This document shows positions 8,836 through 17,602 of a stretch of 33,748 nt of DNA, piece after piece; position 1 is the stretch's first letter; each line of letters begins with the position of its first letter. The stretch covers positions 1 through 33,748 of the forward strand of contig VMFK01000005.1 in the NCBI GenBank assembly GCA_007375995.1. Reading direction: 5' to 3'. The stretch is from Parcubacteria group bacterium Gr01-1014_56. Its GTDB lineage: Bacteria > Patescibacteriota > Minisyncoccia > Phycocordibacterales > SBAW01. Position numbers and translations under genes: made by a program. Below the pieces are notes generated by a model, which saw only the letters and a program-made list of their open reading frames with translations, was not told the DNA's origin and did no database searches.

Positions 8836-9563
8836 TTACTATACTTTCGAACAAACGAATAGGTCTCATTAAATAATTCTTTCTCTGTATCTCCTTCGTC
8901 AAAGGTATGATACGCACTCTTAATTACACTGAATTCTTTTGGTACCTCAGCATATTTGTAATACTCCTTCCCAGTTTTTATTAAATGACCTTTACCTGCA
9001 ACAATTACTTTGAAAGGTTTGGTGATTTTTTTGACTGCGTCTTTTGGTCTAGGAAAGTTCATCCATTCGTTATACATTTCTTTACTCATCACATGTTGTA
9101 CTCCCCAGGTAGCGAGATACGCATTAATTCTTTTCTCATATACCAAGTCTGTGCGGTTTCTTCCTTTTAGACTATAAGTACCATCCCAGAGAATTACCCC
9201 GTCTATTACTGACGAATCTGACAGCAAAATAGTTATTCCTCCTAAACTATGCCCAACAACAAAAATCTTTTTATATTTTTTTCTAAAATACTTGATGACT
9301 ATATTGAGATCTTGCGCGTGGGTAGAGATACTGCAATCTTGTAGCATTCTTGCATGTAGAGCGTCCGTATAGAGATCAAAGCGGAATGAAGCAATACCTT
9401 TTTTCTCAAAAAATCTCGCGCCATTGTAGAAAATATGTTCATTAGAATGCCCCGTAAGACCATGTACAAATATCACAAGAGTTGAGCTTGGTTTCTTAGG
9501 CAATTCTAGAGTCCCATATATCAAATGCTTGTCCGGCGTTTTTATCTTTAAAAATTTTTCCAT
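8832..9563 (-). CDS. Alpha/beta fold hydrolase
   Basis: FVHGLTG, RFDL, GHSLGG, AYHTF. Confidence 0.85.
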   Translation of the reverse strand: MEKFLKIKTPDKHLIYGTLELPKKPSSTLVIFVHGLTGHSNEHIFYNGARFFEKKGIASFRFDLYTDALHARMLQDCSISTHAQDLNIVIKYFRKKYKKIFVVGHSLGGITILLSDSSVIDGVILWDGTYSLKGRNRTDLVYEKRINAYLATWGVQHVMSKEMYNEWMNFPRPKDAVKKITKPFKVIVAGKGHLIKTGKEYYKYAEVPKEFSVIKSAYHTFDEGDTEKELFNETYSFVRKYSK

Positions 9564-9569
9564 ATCTGC

Positions 9570-9598
9570 ACTCTATAATTAACTCCCCTCCTTGTCTA
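9570..9598 (-). promoter_or_regulatory. Sigma70-type promoter, leaderless arrangement
   Basis: TAGACA-17-TAGAGT followed by 6 nt and the ATG at 9563. Confidence 0.55.
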
Positions 9599-9605
9599 TA
9601 TAACC

Positions 9606-9628
9606 CCAGCAAGGTCGAACCTTGCTGG
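9606..9628. repeat. GGT-NNN-ACC REP-like hairpin
   Basis: CCAGCAAGGT-CGA-ACCTTGCTGG. Confidence 0.7.
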
Positions 9629-9714
9629 AATCACAATTTTTAACATATTTGGTGTGTGTTAGCGTATATACAGACGGCACAAAATTCACTCAAAACAAAC
9701 TGAGGAGGAAAACT

Positions 9715-9990
9715 ATGTCAGATACTACAATGGGCAGTGCTTTTACTGCCGTGTTAGACGACAGCGATAAAAGCAAAGGAAATCTCTCATATGAGCTACA
9801 TGGAGTGTTGAGGGTAATTCCCTTGATAGCCAAACATCTCGACAATCGAGTAAAGCTGATCGTCTCAATCGAAGCCGTATGCAAACGTTTCCAAATAGGT
9901 TTGGAAAGCGGGCTAACCGGCACTTTGGCCGCCAAGGCAATAAACGCACTCAACGAAGCAGAGGCACAGCGATGGGCTGAATCCCAGTGA
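9715..9990 (+). CDS. Hypothetical protein
   Basis: ATG 9715 preceded by strong SD GAGGAGG. Confidence 0.6.
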   Translation: MSDTTMGSAFTAVLDDSDKSKGNLSYELHGVLRVIPLIAKHLDNRVKLIVSIEAVCKRFQIGLESGLTGTLAAKAINALNEAEAQRWAESQ

Positions 9991-10024
9991 AATACTTTTA
10001 AACAGGCTCTATTTCGAGAGCCGG

Positions 10025-10053
10025 GCGCACCAAGGGTCAGACCCTTGGTGCGC
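10025..10053. repeat. GGT-NNN-ACC REP-like hairpin
   Basis: GCGCACCAAGGGT-CAG-ACCCTTGGTGCGC (13-bp stem). Confidence 0.7.
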
Positions 10054-10103
10054 TACTTTGTTTGTGTAGTAAGCAGATTTCTGGTATAGTGTTCAAAACC
10101 ACT

Positions 10104-10625
10104 TTGGACCACACTCGAATCAACCATCAGATCCGCGCGGCAGAGGTGCGCGTCATAGGCCCCGAGGGCGAAAACTTCGGTTTACTTGCCCTCTCTGAGG
10201 CGCTCCATCGTGCTGAAGAGGCCGGCTTAGACCTTATAGAGATCTCCCCCAACGCGGTGCCCCCGGTTGCAAAAATCATGGAATATGGTAAATTCCAATA
10301 CGAACAGTCGAAAAAGCGCAAGGATATAAAGGCCAAATCGCATACGACTGAAACCAAGGGGGTCCAGGTCAAAATTGGCACTGGCGAACACGACCTCAAC
10401 TTGAAGGCCAAAAGAGCAGCCGAGTGGCTCTCGGAGGGTCATCGGGTGCGGGTCGACCTGTTTTTGTGGGGTCGCTACAAATACATGGAATTCAATTTCC
10501 TGAAGGGCCGCCTAGAGCAGTTTCTTAAAATGATACCGCATGAGTACAAGCTGGCTGAACCGATAGGCAAAAGCCCAAAAGGCCTCTCAACGACGATCGA
10601 GCGAGTAAGCAAAAAAATAAACTAG
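10104..10625 (+). CDS. infC: Translation initiation factor IF-3
   Basis: RINHQIRA.EVRVI, LDLIEISPNAVPPVAKIMEYGKF; non-AUG start, probably TTG 10104. Confidence 0.95.
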   Translation: MDHTRINHQIRAAEVRVIGPEGENFGLLALSEALHRAEEAGLDLIEISPNAVPPVAKIMEYGKFQYEQSKKRKDIKAKSHTTETKGVQVKIGTGEHDLNLKAKRAAEWLSEGHRVRVDLFLWGRYKYMEFNFLKGRLEQFLKMIPHEYKLAEPIGKSPKGLSTTIERVSKKIN

Positions 10626-10629
10626 CAAC

Positions 10630-10830
10630 ATGAAAACGAACAAAGCATTTACAAAAAGACTCAAAATCACCCGTACGGGGAAGATTATTGCGCGCAAACC
10701 TGGGAAGAATCATTTTAATGCCAAGGAGAGCCGCTCAACACAGATGGCTGGTAACCGCTCACAGCAACTAACCTTGACCCCAAAGGTCTCGCAGCGCTAC
10801 ATCGGTACTGCATCTAAATCACGTAACTAA
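10630..10830 (+). CDS. rpmI: 50S ribosomal protein bL35
   Basis: MKTNKAFTKRLKITRTGKI...HFNAK; infC-rpmI-rplT synteny. Confidence 0.95.
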   Translation: MKTNKAFTKRLKITRTGKIIARKPGKNHFNAKESRSTQMAGNRSQQLTLTPKVSQRYIGTASKSRN

Positions 10831-10849
10831 ACAAGAGTAATAAAACTGT

Positions 10850-11203
10850 ATGGCACGCGTCAAAGGAGGCAAAACATCAAATAAGCGCCGCAAGAATATC
10901 TTGGCGATGACCAAGGGCTACCGCTTTGGCCGCTCGACCAAAAAGCGCCAGGCGCGCGAGGCGATATTCCACGCAGGTAAGTACGCGTTTGCACACCGCC
11001 GCGACAAGAAGAACGATTTTAAACGTTTGTGGAATGTCCGCATCAACGGCGGGCTTGATACAATGGGTGGCTCTCTCTCCTACAGCAAGCTTAAGGGTGC
11101 CCTAAATAAAAAAGGTATTTTGTTAAACCGCAAAATGCTCGCTACGTTAGCAGAGCAAAATCCTGAGAGTTTCGCGAGGATAATTTCCAAGGTTCGACCT
11201 TAA
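10850..11203 (+). CDS. rplT: 50S ribosomal protein bL20
   Basis: MARVKGG...KGYRFGRS...RR.KK.DF..LW..RIN, LNRKMLA. Confidence 0.97.
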   Translation: MARVKGGKTSNKRRKNILAMTKGYRFGRSTKKRQAREAIFHAGKYAFAHRRDKKNDFKRLWNVRINGGLDTMGGSLSYSKLKGALNKKGILLNRKMLATLAEQNPESFARIISKVRP

Positions 11204-11230
11204 TATCAGGGCTCTCCAAGGTCGAACCTT
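11189..11230. repeat. Pair of AAGGT-NNN-ACCTT hairpins, mutually inverted
   Basis: AAGGTTCGACCTT (11189-11201, within the rplT 3' end) and its reverse complement AAGGTCGAACCTT (11218-11230). Confidence 0.75.
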
Positions 11231-11234
11231 TAGC

Positions 11235-11837
11235 TCATGCCTGGTCGGTTGGGTCGAAGTGGAACGACGCGCGGTTTATTTTGTCTTTGTTGATGAGTTC
11301 AATAACCCGCTCCACGAGTGCTTTTGGGTCGGTATCAAATACGATCCGGTCGTTAGGGCGGTGAGCGTTTTCAACTATATTTTTTATCACTTCGTCGGTC
11401 TCCCAGCCTGCCTCCAAAATACCGATCGGCTTCCTGTCCTCAAAGGCAATAGTAAACTCGTGTATTGTCCCGATGCGTCCGCAGCCAAAAAACACCGCGT
11501 CTGACGCTCTCGTGAGTATGAGGTCGCGGCCCGGGTAGCCAAAGCCAGTATAAATAATCACATCCATGTATTCGATCGGGAGGTTGTAGCTCTCGACGTG
11601 CTCCTTCTCTGTCGATGCGGGAGAAAAGCCAAGTGAGAAGCCCCCCGCCTCTTTAGCGCCCATCGCCGACCACAGCGGGAAACCTGTCGTAGCACCGGTA
11701 ACGATAATCGCACCGTGCTTGGCGATCTCACGGCCAAGCGCTACCCCCTTGTCGTATGCATCAATACCGCAATGGCCAGTTTCGGCCGCGCCAGAGACAC
11801 ACAATTTTACCTGCAAGTGAGCGTGCTTTGGGTCCAT
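11235..11837 (-). CDS. LOG/SLOG-family protein
   Basis: IVTGATTG, GAKEAGG..LGFSP, GRDLILTRASDA, GRIGTIHEF.IA. Confidence 0.85.
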   Translation of the reverse strand: MDPKHAHLQVKLCVSGAAETGHCGIDAYDKGVALGREIAKHGAIIVTGATTGFPLWSAMGAKEAGGFSLGFSPASTEKEHVESYNLPIEYMDVIIYTGFGYPGRDLILTRASDAVFFGCGRIGTIHEFTIAFEDRKPIGILEAGWETDEVIKNIVENAHRPNDRIVFDTDPKALVERVIELINKDKINRASFHFDPTDQA

Positions 11838-11856
11838 AGCGTAACTCTATTGTAAC

Positions 11857-13224
11857 TTAGAAATCGATCTGTACTTTCTCCCCCGTCTCAGGCGCTGTCG
11901 CTTTAACGCCAAGATAGTCGCGGATGCGCTGCACCAAAAAACTTGCCGAGGAGGGCTCTCCCATCACAACAAACACTTGGCTTAATGAGGGAGTAGTTTT
12001 GTTTACAAATTCAAGCAGCTGCTCGCCGTCCATATGCGCCGAGTAGCCATATATAGCCTCAACTGTGCATTTAACAGGGGTTTTCTCTCCCATCAAAAAT
12101 ACGTTTTTTTCTCCCTCAATAAGACGCCGCCCAAGGCTCCCCGCAGACTGGTATCCAACAATGAGCAAAGTCGATTTTGCATCCGGGAGTATATATTTTT
12201 GATATCCGTGCACGCGACCGCCGTTGCTCATACCACTACCTGCGATCACAATTTTAGGGCCGGGGAGCCCTGCTACTCTTTTTGACTCCTCTATTGTTTC
12301 TACAAACGTAAGTTCAGGGAATTCAAAAATATTTTCTCCGCCCTCAATGCGCGCTTGTATGTCGCTCGAGAAATACGACGGGTGAGCAAGAAAAGCGGCA
12401 GTTATTTTACTTGCAAGTGGTGAGTCGATATATACCGGCACCGAAGGCACTCTTTTTTCTACCATCAGCGTACGGATCTCAAACAAGAGGTCTTGCGTTC
12501 GCTCGGTTGAGAACGCTGGGATAAGCAACGTGCCTCCGCGCGTTACTGAGTTTTCGATAGTGTCTTCGAGTAGTTGCCGCCTGTCTTCGTCCTTGCCGCG
12601 CACCCGGTCGCCGTAGACGCTTTCCATCACCAAATACTGCGCGCCCTCAAGTACCTCGGCGTGCGGAAGCAAGGGTGAGTTTCCTCCACCAAGGTCGCCG
12701 GTAAAAACAAGGTTTTTCCCTCCGCGTTCAAACCGCACGAGTGCAGAGCCCAAGATGTGGCCCGAGTTTATAAACTCCGCAGTGCAATCACTGGGTAAGT
12801 CGACTTTTTGGTGATACCCTACTCCCTCCCACAACTCCATCGCACGCGCGATGTCGTGTTCGTCGTACAGCATCTCGTGGTTATGTTTGCGCGCATCGTG
12901 CGCGAGGAGCTCTTGACTGTCTAAGAGAAGTGGCTCCGCCAAAGCGCGAGTCGCCTCGGTTGAAATAATCCGGCCCTTAAAGCCGTCTTTTACCAGCTTG
13001 GGTATTTTGCCGATATGGTCTATGTGTGCGTGCGTGACAAAAAGAAACGGGATACTCCCCGGCTCGTAGGGAAAGGGCCCCCAGTTTATCTCCTCAGCGT
13101 TATGTCTGCCTTGTGAGAGACCGCAATCGATAAGAATCTTCGTATCCCCTATGTCGACTAAAAAATTAGAGCCAGTGACTGTGCCGGCACCGCCGTAAAA
13201 ATATATGGTAGAAGTCTGCGACAT
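11857..13224 (-). CDS. MBL-fold beta-CASP ribonuclease
   Basis: GGAGTVTGS, THAHIDHIG, GHILGS, MESVYG, AGSGM, SAHMD; start MSQT at 13224. Confidence 0.92.
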   Translation of the reverse strand: MSQTSTIYFYGGAGTVTGSNFLVDIGDTKILIDCGLSQGRHNAEEINWGPFPYEPGSIPFLFVTHAHIDHIGKIPKLVKDGFKGRIISTEATRALAEPLLLDSQELLAHDARKHNHEMLYDEHDIARAMELWEGVGYHQKVDLPSDCTAEFINSGHILGSALVRFERGGKNLVFTGDLGGGNSPLLPHAEVLEGAQYLVMESVYGDRVRGKDEDRRQLLEDTIENSVTRGGTLLIPAFSTERTQDLLFEIRTLMVEKRVPSVPVYIDSPLASKITAAFLAHPSYFSSDIQARIEGGENIFEFPELTFVETIEESKRVAGLPGPKIVIAGSGMSNGGRVHGYQKYILPDAKSTLLIVGYQSAGSLGRRLIEGEKNVFLMGEKTPVKCTVEAIYGYSAHMDGEQLLEFVNKTTPSLSQVFVVMGEPSSASFLVQRIRDYLGVKATAPETGEKVQIDF

Positions 13225-13228
13225 GTGT

Positions 13229-13612
13229 TTATGATTTTTTGCTTCGACTCGCAAACCAATATACTCCAAATGCAACGAAAGCCCCAAAAAGATCATCGCC
13301 CAGGTCCTTTAGTGTATCAAACCAATAGCCGTCCTCACCCTCCGTAAGCCCGCTCACATACTCAAACAGCTCCCAGACTGAGCCCACTGCAATAGCAAGC
13401 AAAAGTACACACACAAACGTTCGACGAAATGAGAATTGTCTGCGAGTAGCGAGCGCGAGACCCCAAAAACCGATCGTGAGGCCTCCGACCATATGGATCG
13501 GTATATCAAACCACGGGTAGTACCAAAAATAAAATCTATCAAGTCCAACCCAATATAAAAATGCAGTGAGCAAAGCGCTCAGGACAGTGAGTATATTAAA
13601 AATAATTGACAT
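13229..13612 (-). CDS. Membrane protein (DUF2238/VanZ-like D..H / E..E / D..D motifs)
   Basis: WFDIPIHMVGG, WELFEY, DTLKDL; four hydrophobic helices. Confidence 0.7.
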   Translation of the reverse strand: MSIIFNILTVLSALLTAFLYWVGLDRFYFWYYPWFDIPIHMVGGLTIGFWGLALATRRQFSFRRTFVCVLLLAIAVGSVWELFEYVSGLTEGEDGYWFDTLKDLGDDLFGAFVAFGVYWFASRSKKS

Positions 13613-13629
13613 GTAAGTTCAGATACACA

Positions 13630-13662
13630 AAATCCCGCCCATGGCTCATGAACCAGTGCGGG
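13630..13662 (-). terminator. Terminator after the 6S-like RNA
   Basis: Minus strand CCCGC-AC-TGGTTC-AT-GAGCCA-TGG-GCGGG-ATTTT. Confidence 0.6.
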
Positions 13663-13669
13663 GTCCTGT

Positions 13670-13791
13670 AGCGGACTTCGAAAGCAAGTGTCTACCTTTA
13701 GCAACGTGGGTGCTCTATGGCAGTACCAAGATACTACACACCTCGAGCTCCCTGTAGATTCACTTAAGGACATTTGCCTTCGCCGTCCTCT
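13670..13791 (-). ncRNA. ssrS: Compact 6S RNA
   Basis: Extended -10 TGcTATACT upstream. Folds as one long hairpin (GGAC/GTCC, CGAAGGCAA/TTGCTTTCG, TGTC/GACA) with a central bubble closed by 6S-like GGGAGCTC/GAGCACCCAC. G-U pairs favour the minus strand. Confidence 0.75.
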
Positions 13792-13816
13792 TTTAGTATA
13801 GCACCGCCTAAAAAAA

Positions 13817-13858
13817 GCAAGGTACTGTGCGAACAGTGCAAGGTGCTGTGCGAACAGT
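13817..13858. repeat. 21-bp tandem direct repeat with palindromic core
   Basis: gcaaggtactgtgcgaacagt / gcaaggtgctgtgcgaacagt; core CTGT-GCGA-ACAG. Confidence 0.85.
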
Positions 13859-13869
13859 ATAAAATACTT

Positions 13870-14454
13870 TTACTCATCTACCCCAAAACGCTTGTATTTA
13901 AAGACCGATTTCTTGCCAAACCAATGCCCTATCTCGTGCCTTGCTTCCTGAGCGGTTTCGCTGGCGTGCACCAAATTAAACACCGCTCTGCGCTCGGCAT
14001 TAGCGTTGACTGGAGAATCTGCTGAGAAATCTCCACGGATAGTACCCATGTCAGCCAAGTAGGGCATGGTCGGCCCCGTGATCTTGCGGACCATGTCAAC
14101 CGCATGTACTCCTTGCACTACTATTTTGACCATGGGAGCCGAGGACATAAAATCGAGGAGCCATCCGCGCACGGTCTTCCCTACTCGGTTGAGGTCGCTG
14201 GTGCCGAAATCTTTTTTGATGTCGTAGCCGTACTTTGCATAGGTCGCCATTGTTTTCTCTCCCAGGCGGCGTACCCATGCCTCGTCTTTAGGATAATGAC
14301 GATCCATCTCCTTGCGCGATGCGTGGAACATCTCAAGCGCGACGATTTTCATGTCGCGTTGTTCAAAGCGCTTAATGATCTCGCCGACAAGACCTTTGCG
14401 CACGCCGTCAGGCTTGATAAGGACAAAAGTCTTTTCCTCCTTCGGATTTAACAT
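13870..14454 (-). CDS. ndk: Nucleoside diphosphate kinase
   Basis: TFVLIKPDGV..GLVGEII.RFE, GTIRGDF, NLVHAS. Confidence 0.95.
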   Translation of the reverse strand: MLNPKEEKTFVLIKPDGVRKGLVGEIIKRFEQRDMKIVALEMFHASRKEMDRHYPKDEAWVRRLGEKTMATYAKYGYDIKKDFGTSDLNRVGKTVRGWLLDFMSSAPMVKIVVQGVHAVDMVRKITGPTMPYLADMGTIRGDFSADSPVNANAERRAVFNLVHASETAQEARHEIGHWFGKKSVFKYKRFGVDE

Positions 14455-14460
14455 GCCCGC

Positions 14461-14489
14461 ACTTTAGCGCAGGTAAGACATTTTTACAA
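14461..14489 (-). promoter_or_regulatory. ndk promoter (leaderless arrangement)
   Basis: TTGTAA-17-TAAAGT, 6 nt before the ATG. Confidence 0.55.
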
Positions 14490-14518
14490 GCTATCTCAAA
14501 GCGAGGACCTTTCTTAAT

Positions 14519-15280
14519 TTATTTTGTTAAAATTTCAGGTCCGTCTTTAGTAACCAAAATAGTGTGCTCAAAATGCGCTGCACGGGAGTCGTCGCGCATG
14601 CTGTAAGTCCAGTCATCGCCGAGGAGTGTGACAGCTCCGTTTCCTTCTGCAAGCATAGGTTCGAGCGCGAGTACCATACCTTCTACAATTTTTTCTCCCT
14701 CGCCAGCGTTGCCAAAATTGGCGATAAAAGGTTTTTCATGTACCGCCTTCCCTACCGCATGTCCCCCCAGGTCCTCAACAATAGAGAGTTTGGTGCGTTT
14801 TGACACAGTCTCCACTGCAGCGCCAATGTCGCCCACGTGGTTGCCTACTTTTGCAGCAGCAATTGCGACATTCAGTGCCTCGCGGGTGGTTTCGATCAGT
14901 TTTTTTGCATCAGCATCACACTCTCCCGCGCACACGGTCACCGCTGAGTCGACATAATACCCTTGGTAGGAAAGCCCCAGATCAAGCGACACAATGTCGC
15001 CATTTTCCAACACTCTGTCTTGGGAGGGGATACCGTGCACCACCTCCTCGTTTATTGAAACACAGAGCACCGCAGGGAACGGGCGCTTCATGCCTTCGGG
15101 TTTGTAGCCTAAAAACGCCGGCTTACATCCGCGTCTACGGATCCCCTCCTCGGCTAAGAGGTCGAGTGCCGCAGTCGTAATGCCTGGTCGTACTTGTTTG
15201 GAGAGTTCTTGTAAAACCTCTGCAAGTGCTCGGCCAGCGGTACGCAAATGCTCTATCTGGTCTTGGGTGTTTGCTATCAC
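14519..15280 (-). CDS. map: Methionine aminopeptidase type I
   Basis: CVSINEEVVHGIP, DIVSLDLG, GHAVG..VHEKP, AAHFEHTI. Confidence 0.96.
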   Translation of the reverse strand: MIANTQDQIEHLRTAGRALAEVLQELSKQVRPGITTAALDLLAEEGIRRRGCKPAFLGYKPEGMKRPFPAVLCVSINEEVVHGIPSQDRVLENGDIVSLDLGLSYQGYYVDSAVTVCAGECDADAKKLIETTREALNVAIAAAKVGNHVGDIGAAVETVSKRTKLSIVEDLGGHAVGKAVHEKPFIANFGNAGEGEKIVEGMVLALEPMLAEGNGAVTLLGDDWTYSMRDDSRAAHFEHTILVTKDGPEILTK

Positions 15281-15852
15281 GAAAGTTTGAGGGCCTTCAA
15301 TATGCTTTGATGTACATTTTCTATCGTATCTTCTCCGCTCACCGTTACTAATGTTCCTTGGCCGCGGAAAAAATCTATTGCCGGTTTGGTGTCGTTGCGA
15401 TAATTTGTGAATCTGCTTTTAATGACATCAGCCGCATCGTCAGCCCTGTGCTCTATTGCATGTCGCTGTGTGAGTCGCTTGTAGAGAGGCTCCTCTTGTA
15501 CATCAATAAAAATAGCCTGGTAGGAGCGTCCGAGCCACGCTGCTACTTCTTCAAACCGCTCTGCTTCCAAAAGCGTTCGGCAGGCACCCTCAAATACTAT
15601 CCCGTCGCCTGGCTCAAGCGAAAAAAGTGTTTGCTCGTAGAGAAACGAGGCGAGCCAGTGTGGGAGGAGCCCGCCCATATCGATTTCTGATTTTACTTTT
15701 TTACCCAAAAAAGACGCTTCTGCTGAGAGCTCGCGAAACCGCGCGCCGGAGGAGTAGAGCTGTGCACCGATTTTGTCGGCAAGCAACTTGCCTTGAGTGC
15801 CTTTTCCCGAGCCGGGTGGCCCCATCATTAAAAATGTCCGGATATCTGACAT
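15277..15852 (-). CDS. adk: Adenylate kinase (short-LID type)
   Basis: MGPPGSGKGTQ P-loop, RADD; lies between secY and map; start MSDI at 15852. Confidence 0.9.
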   Translation of the reverse strand: MSDIRTFLMMGPPGSGKGTQGKLLADKIGAQLYSSGARFRELSAEASFLGKKVKSEIDMGGLLPHWLASFLYEQTLFSLEPGDGIVFEGACRTLLEAERFEEVAAWLGRSYQAIFIDVQEEPLYKRLTQRHAIEHRADDAADVIKSRFTNYRNDTKPAIDFFRGQGTLVTVSGEDTIENVHQSILKALKLS

Positions 15853-15856
15853 TCTT

Positions 15857-17128
15857 TTAATACTCGCGTATAGAAATCTGCGCGTCAATGCGACGCGCGA
15901 GGTCAAGAATAACCGAAACAACAATGAGGAGCGCGGTGCCGCCGAGCGCGAGTGTTGTAATGCCGGTTATCGACTGCATAATGATCGGCAACACCGCAAT
16001 GATCGCCAAGAAAAGCGCCCCCACAAAGGTGATCCGAGTGATGATTTTGGCCAGATACTCCGAAGTTGAGCCTCCTGGCCTAACACCGGGGATAAAGGCG
16101 CCGTTCTTTTGGAGATTCTCTGAGATCTGCTTGGGGTCGAACGTCACCGCTGTATAGAAGTAGGTGAAGAAAAACACAAAAAGGAAATAGAGCGCCCCGT
16201 AAAGGGCAAGATTTTGGAAGGCACCGAGCATCGAAGCTGAAATAGCCGAGAGGACAGCATTGCTTGAGGTCGCAAAGAAGCTTGCAAACATCTGAGGGAT
16301 AAGAAGCAGAGAAAGCGCGAAGATGATCGGGATCACCCCTGCCTGGTTGAGCCGCAGCGGCAGGTAAGTCGACCCGCCGCCAAAAAATTTCATACCACGA
16401 ACACGTTTGGCGTAGGTCACTGGCACTGGTCGCTCAGCTTCGCTTATAAACACCACAGCCGCAACAACCGCAACAGTAGCTGCAAGAAACGCCGCGTAGA
16501 GCGGCACCTGTGTCGTGTCGAACGAGAAGACCGCTTGACTGATTTGCTGCGGGAGGCCGGCGACGATGCCCGCAAAAATAATGAGCGAGACACCATTGCC
16601 AAGACCAAACTCCGAGATAAGTTCGCCGATCCACATGAGGAGTATCGAACCCGCTACGACCACAAGAAGGTTAACGCCAAACTGAAACGGGGTGAGGTTC
16701 GTGAGCACGCCCTGCCGCTCGAGTATAAGAAGAAAGCTGATAGCCTGAGTTACCGCGATTGGTAAGGAGAGCATACGAGTATACTGGCTAAATTTTTGCC
16801 GGCCTAGCTCCCCCTCCTCCTGGTACAAGTTCTTAAGCATGGGGACCATCATCATAAGGAGCTGCATGATGATTGAGGCGGTAATATACGGAGCCACACC
16901 GAGCATCATGATCGAGAGGCTGGAGAGGCCGCCGCCGGAGAAGAGGTTGAGGAGGCCAAAAAATTGATTGTTACTAAAGAAAAGCTCCAGTTGCGAGGCG
17001 TTAACGCCAGGGATCGGTATCGCCGCAAGCACGCGGAAAATCGCCAAAGCCCCAAGGACAAAAAGCAGCCTACTGCGCAGAGATTTATCCGAGATGAGGA
17101 GTGTGAGTCGTTGAAGAAAAGAGTTCAT
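15857..17128 (-). CDS. secY: Preprotein translocase SecY
   Basis: LGVAPYITASIIMQL, GLGNGVSLIIFAGI, NQAGVIPIIFA, IPGVRPG. Confidence 0.98.
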   Translation of the reverse strand: MNSFLQRLTLLISDKSLRSRLLFVLGALAIFRVLAAIPIPGVNASQLELFFSNNQFFGLLNLFSGGGLSSLSIMMLGVAPYITASIIMQLLMMMVPMLKNLYQEEGELGRQKFSQYTRMLSLPIAVTQAISFLLILERQGVLTNLTPFQFGVNLLVVVAGSILLMWIGELISEFGLGNGVSLIIFAGIVAGLPQQISQAVFSFDTTQVPLYAAFLAATVAVVAAVVFISEAERPVPVTYAKRVRGMKFFGGGSTYLPLRLNQAGVIPIIFALSLLLIPQMFASFFATSSNAVLSAISASMLGAFQNLALYGALYFLFVFFFTYFYTAVTFDPKQISENLQKNGAFIPGVRPGGSTSEYLAKIITRITFVGALFLAIIAVLPIIMQSITGITTLALGGTALLIVVSVILDLARRIDAQISIREY

Positions 17129-17136
17129 AGGGGTGA

Positions 17137-17559
17137 TTAAGCCACAATGGAGCCGCCAGCTTTTTCAATCTTAGCGCGAGCCGAGCCTGATACCAAACAT
17201 CCTGAAAGTATGAGCTTTTTGGTGACCTCGCCATCGCCGAGGATCTTGATCTTCATCCCCGGCTTTACTGCACCGCGCTCCACAAGGATTTTTGGGTTAA
17301 CCGCATCTCCTGGCGAGAAAAACTTTTCAAGATGTGCAATATTGATAACCGCAGGTTTGTCTTGGATGCTCTTAAAGTTATATCCACGGCGCTTGGGGAG
17401 CTTTTTGAGCTGCTCGCGAATCGCTGGCATGATGCGATGTCCTGCGCGAGCCTTCTGCCCTTTGGTACCGCGGCCAGCAGTCTTGCCACGTCCGCCGCCA
17501 CGGCCGACGCGCTTCACTTTTTTCTGGGGGGTTGCCCGCTTTAGTTCGTGGAGTTGCAT
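17137..17559 (-). CDS. rplO: 50S ribosomal protein uL15
   Basis: RVGRGGGRGKTAGRGTKGQKARAG, KILGDG. Confidence 0.97.
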   Translation of the reverse strand: MQLHELKRATPQKKVKRVGRGGGRGKTAGRGTKGQKARAGHRIMPAIREQLKKLPKRRGYNFKSIQDKPAVINIAHLEKFFSPGDAVNPKILVERGAVKPGMKIKILGDGEVTKKLILSGCLVSGSARAKIEKAGGSIVA

Positions 17560-17602
17560 AATAGTTTTATGATTGCTTTTTTATTTTGAAATCTTCAAAA
17601 TG

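Noticed and set aside
4323..9600. Integron cassette array
   Set aside because: No integrase and no recognisable attC sites (RYYYAAC...GTTRRRY) between the genes.
10021..10103. L20 leader RNA upstream of infC
   Set aside because: A -10-like TATAGT lies only 13 nt before the probable start; the nearby hairpin belongs to the GGT-NNN-ACC family.
13817..13858. LexA SOS boxes
   Set aside because: Spacing is CTGT-N4-ACAG, not the CTGT-N8-ACAG of gammaproteobacterial LexA.
13579..14025. Short ORFs 13579-13773 and 13774-14025
   Set aside because: They overlap the structured RNA, its promoter and ndk; no coding features.
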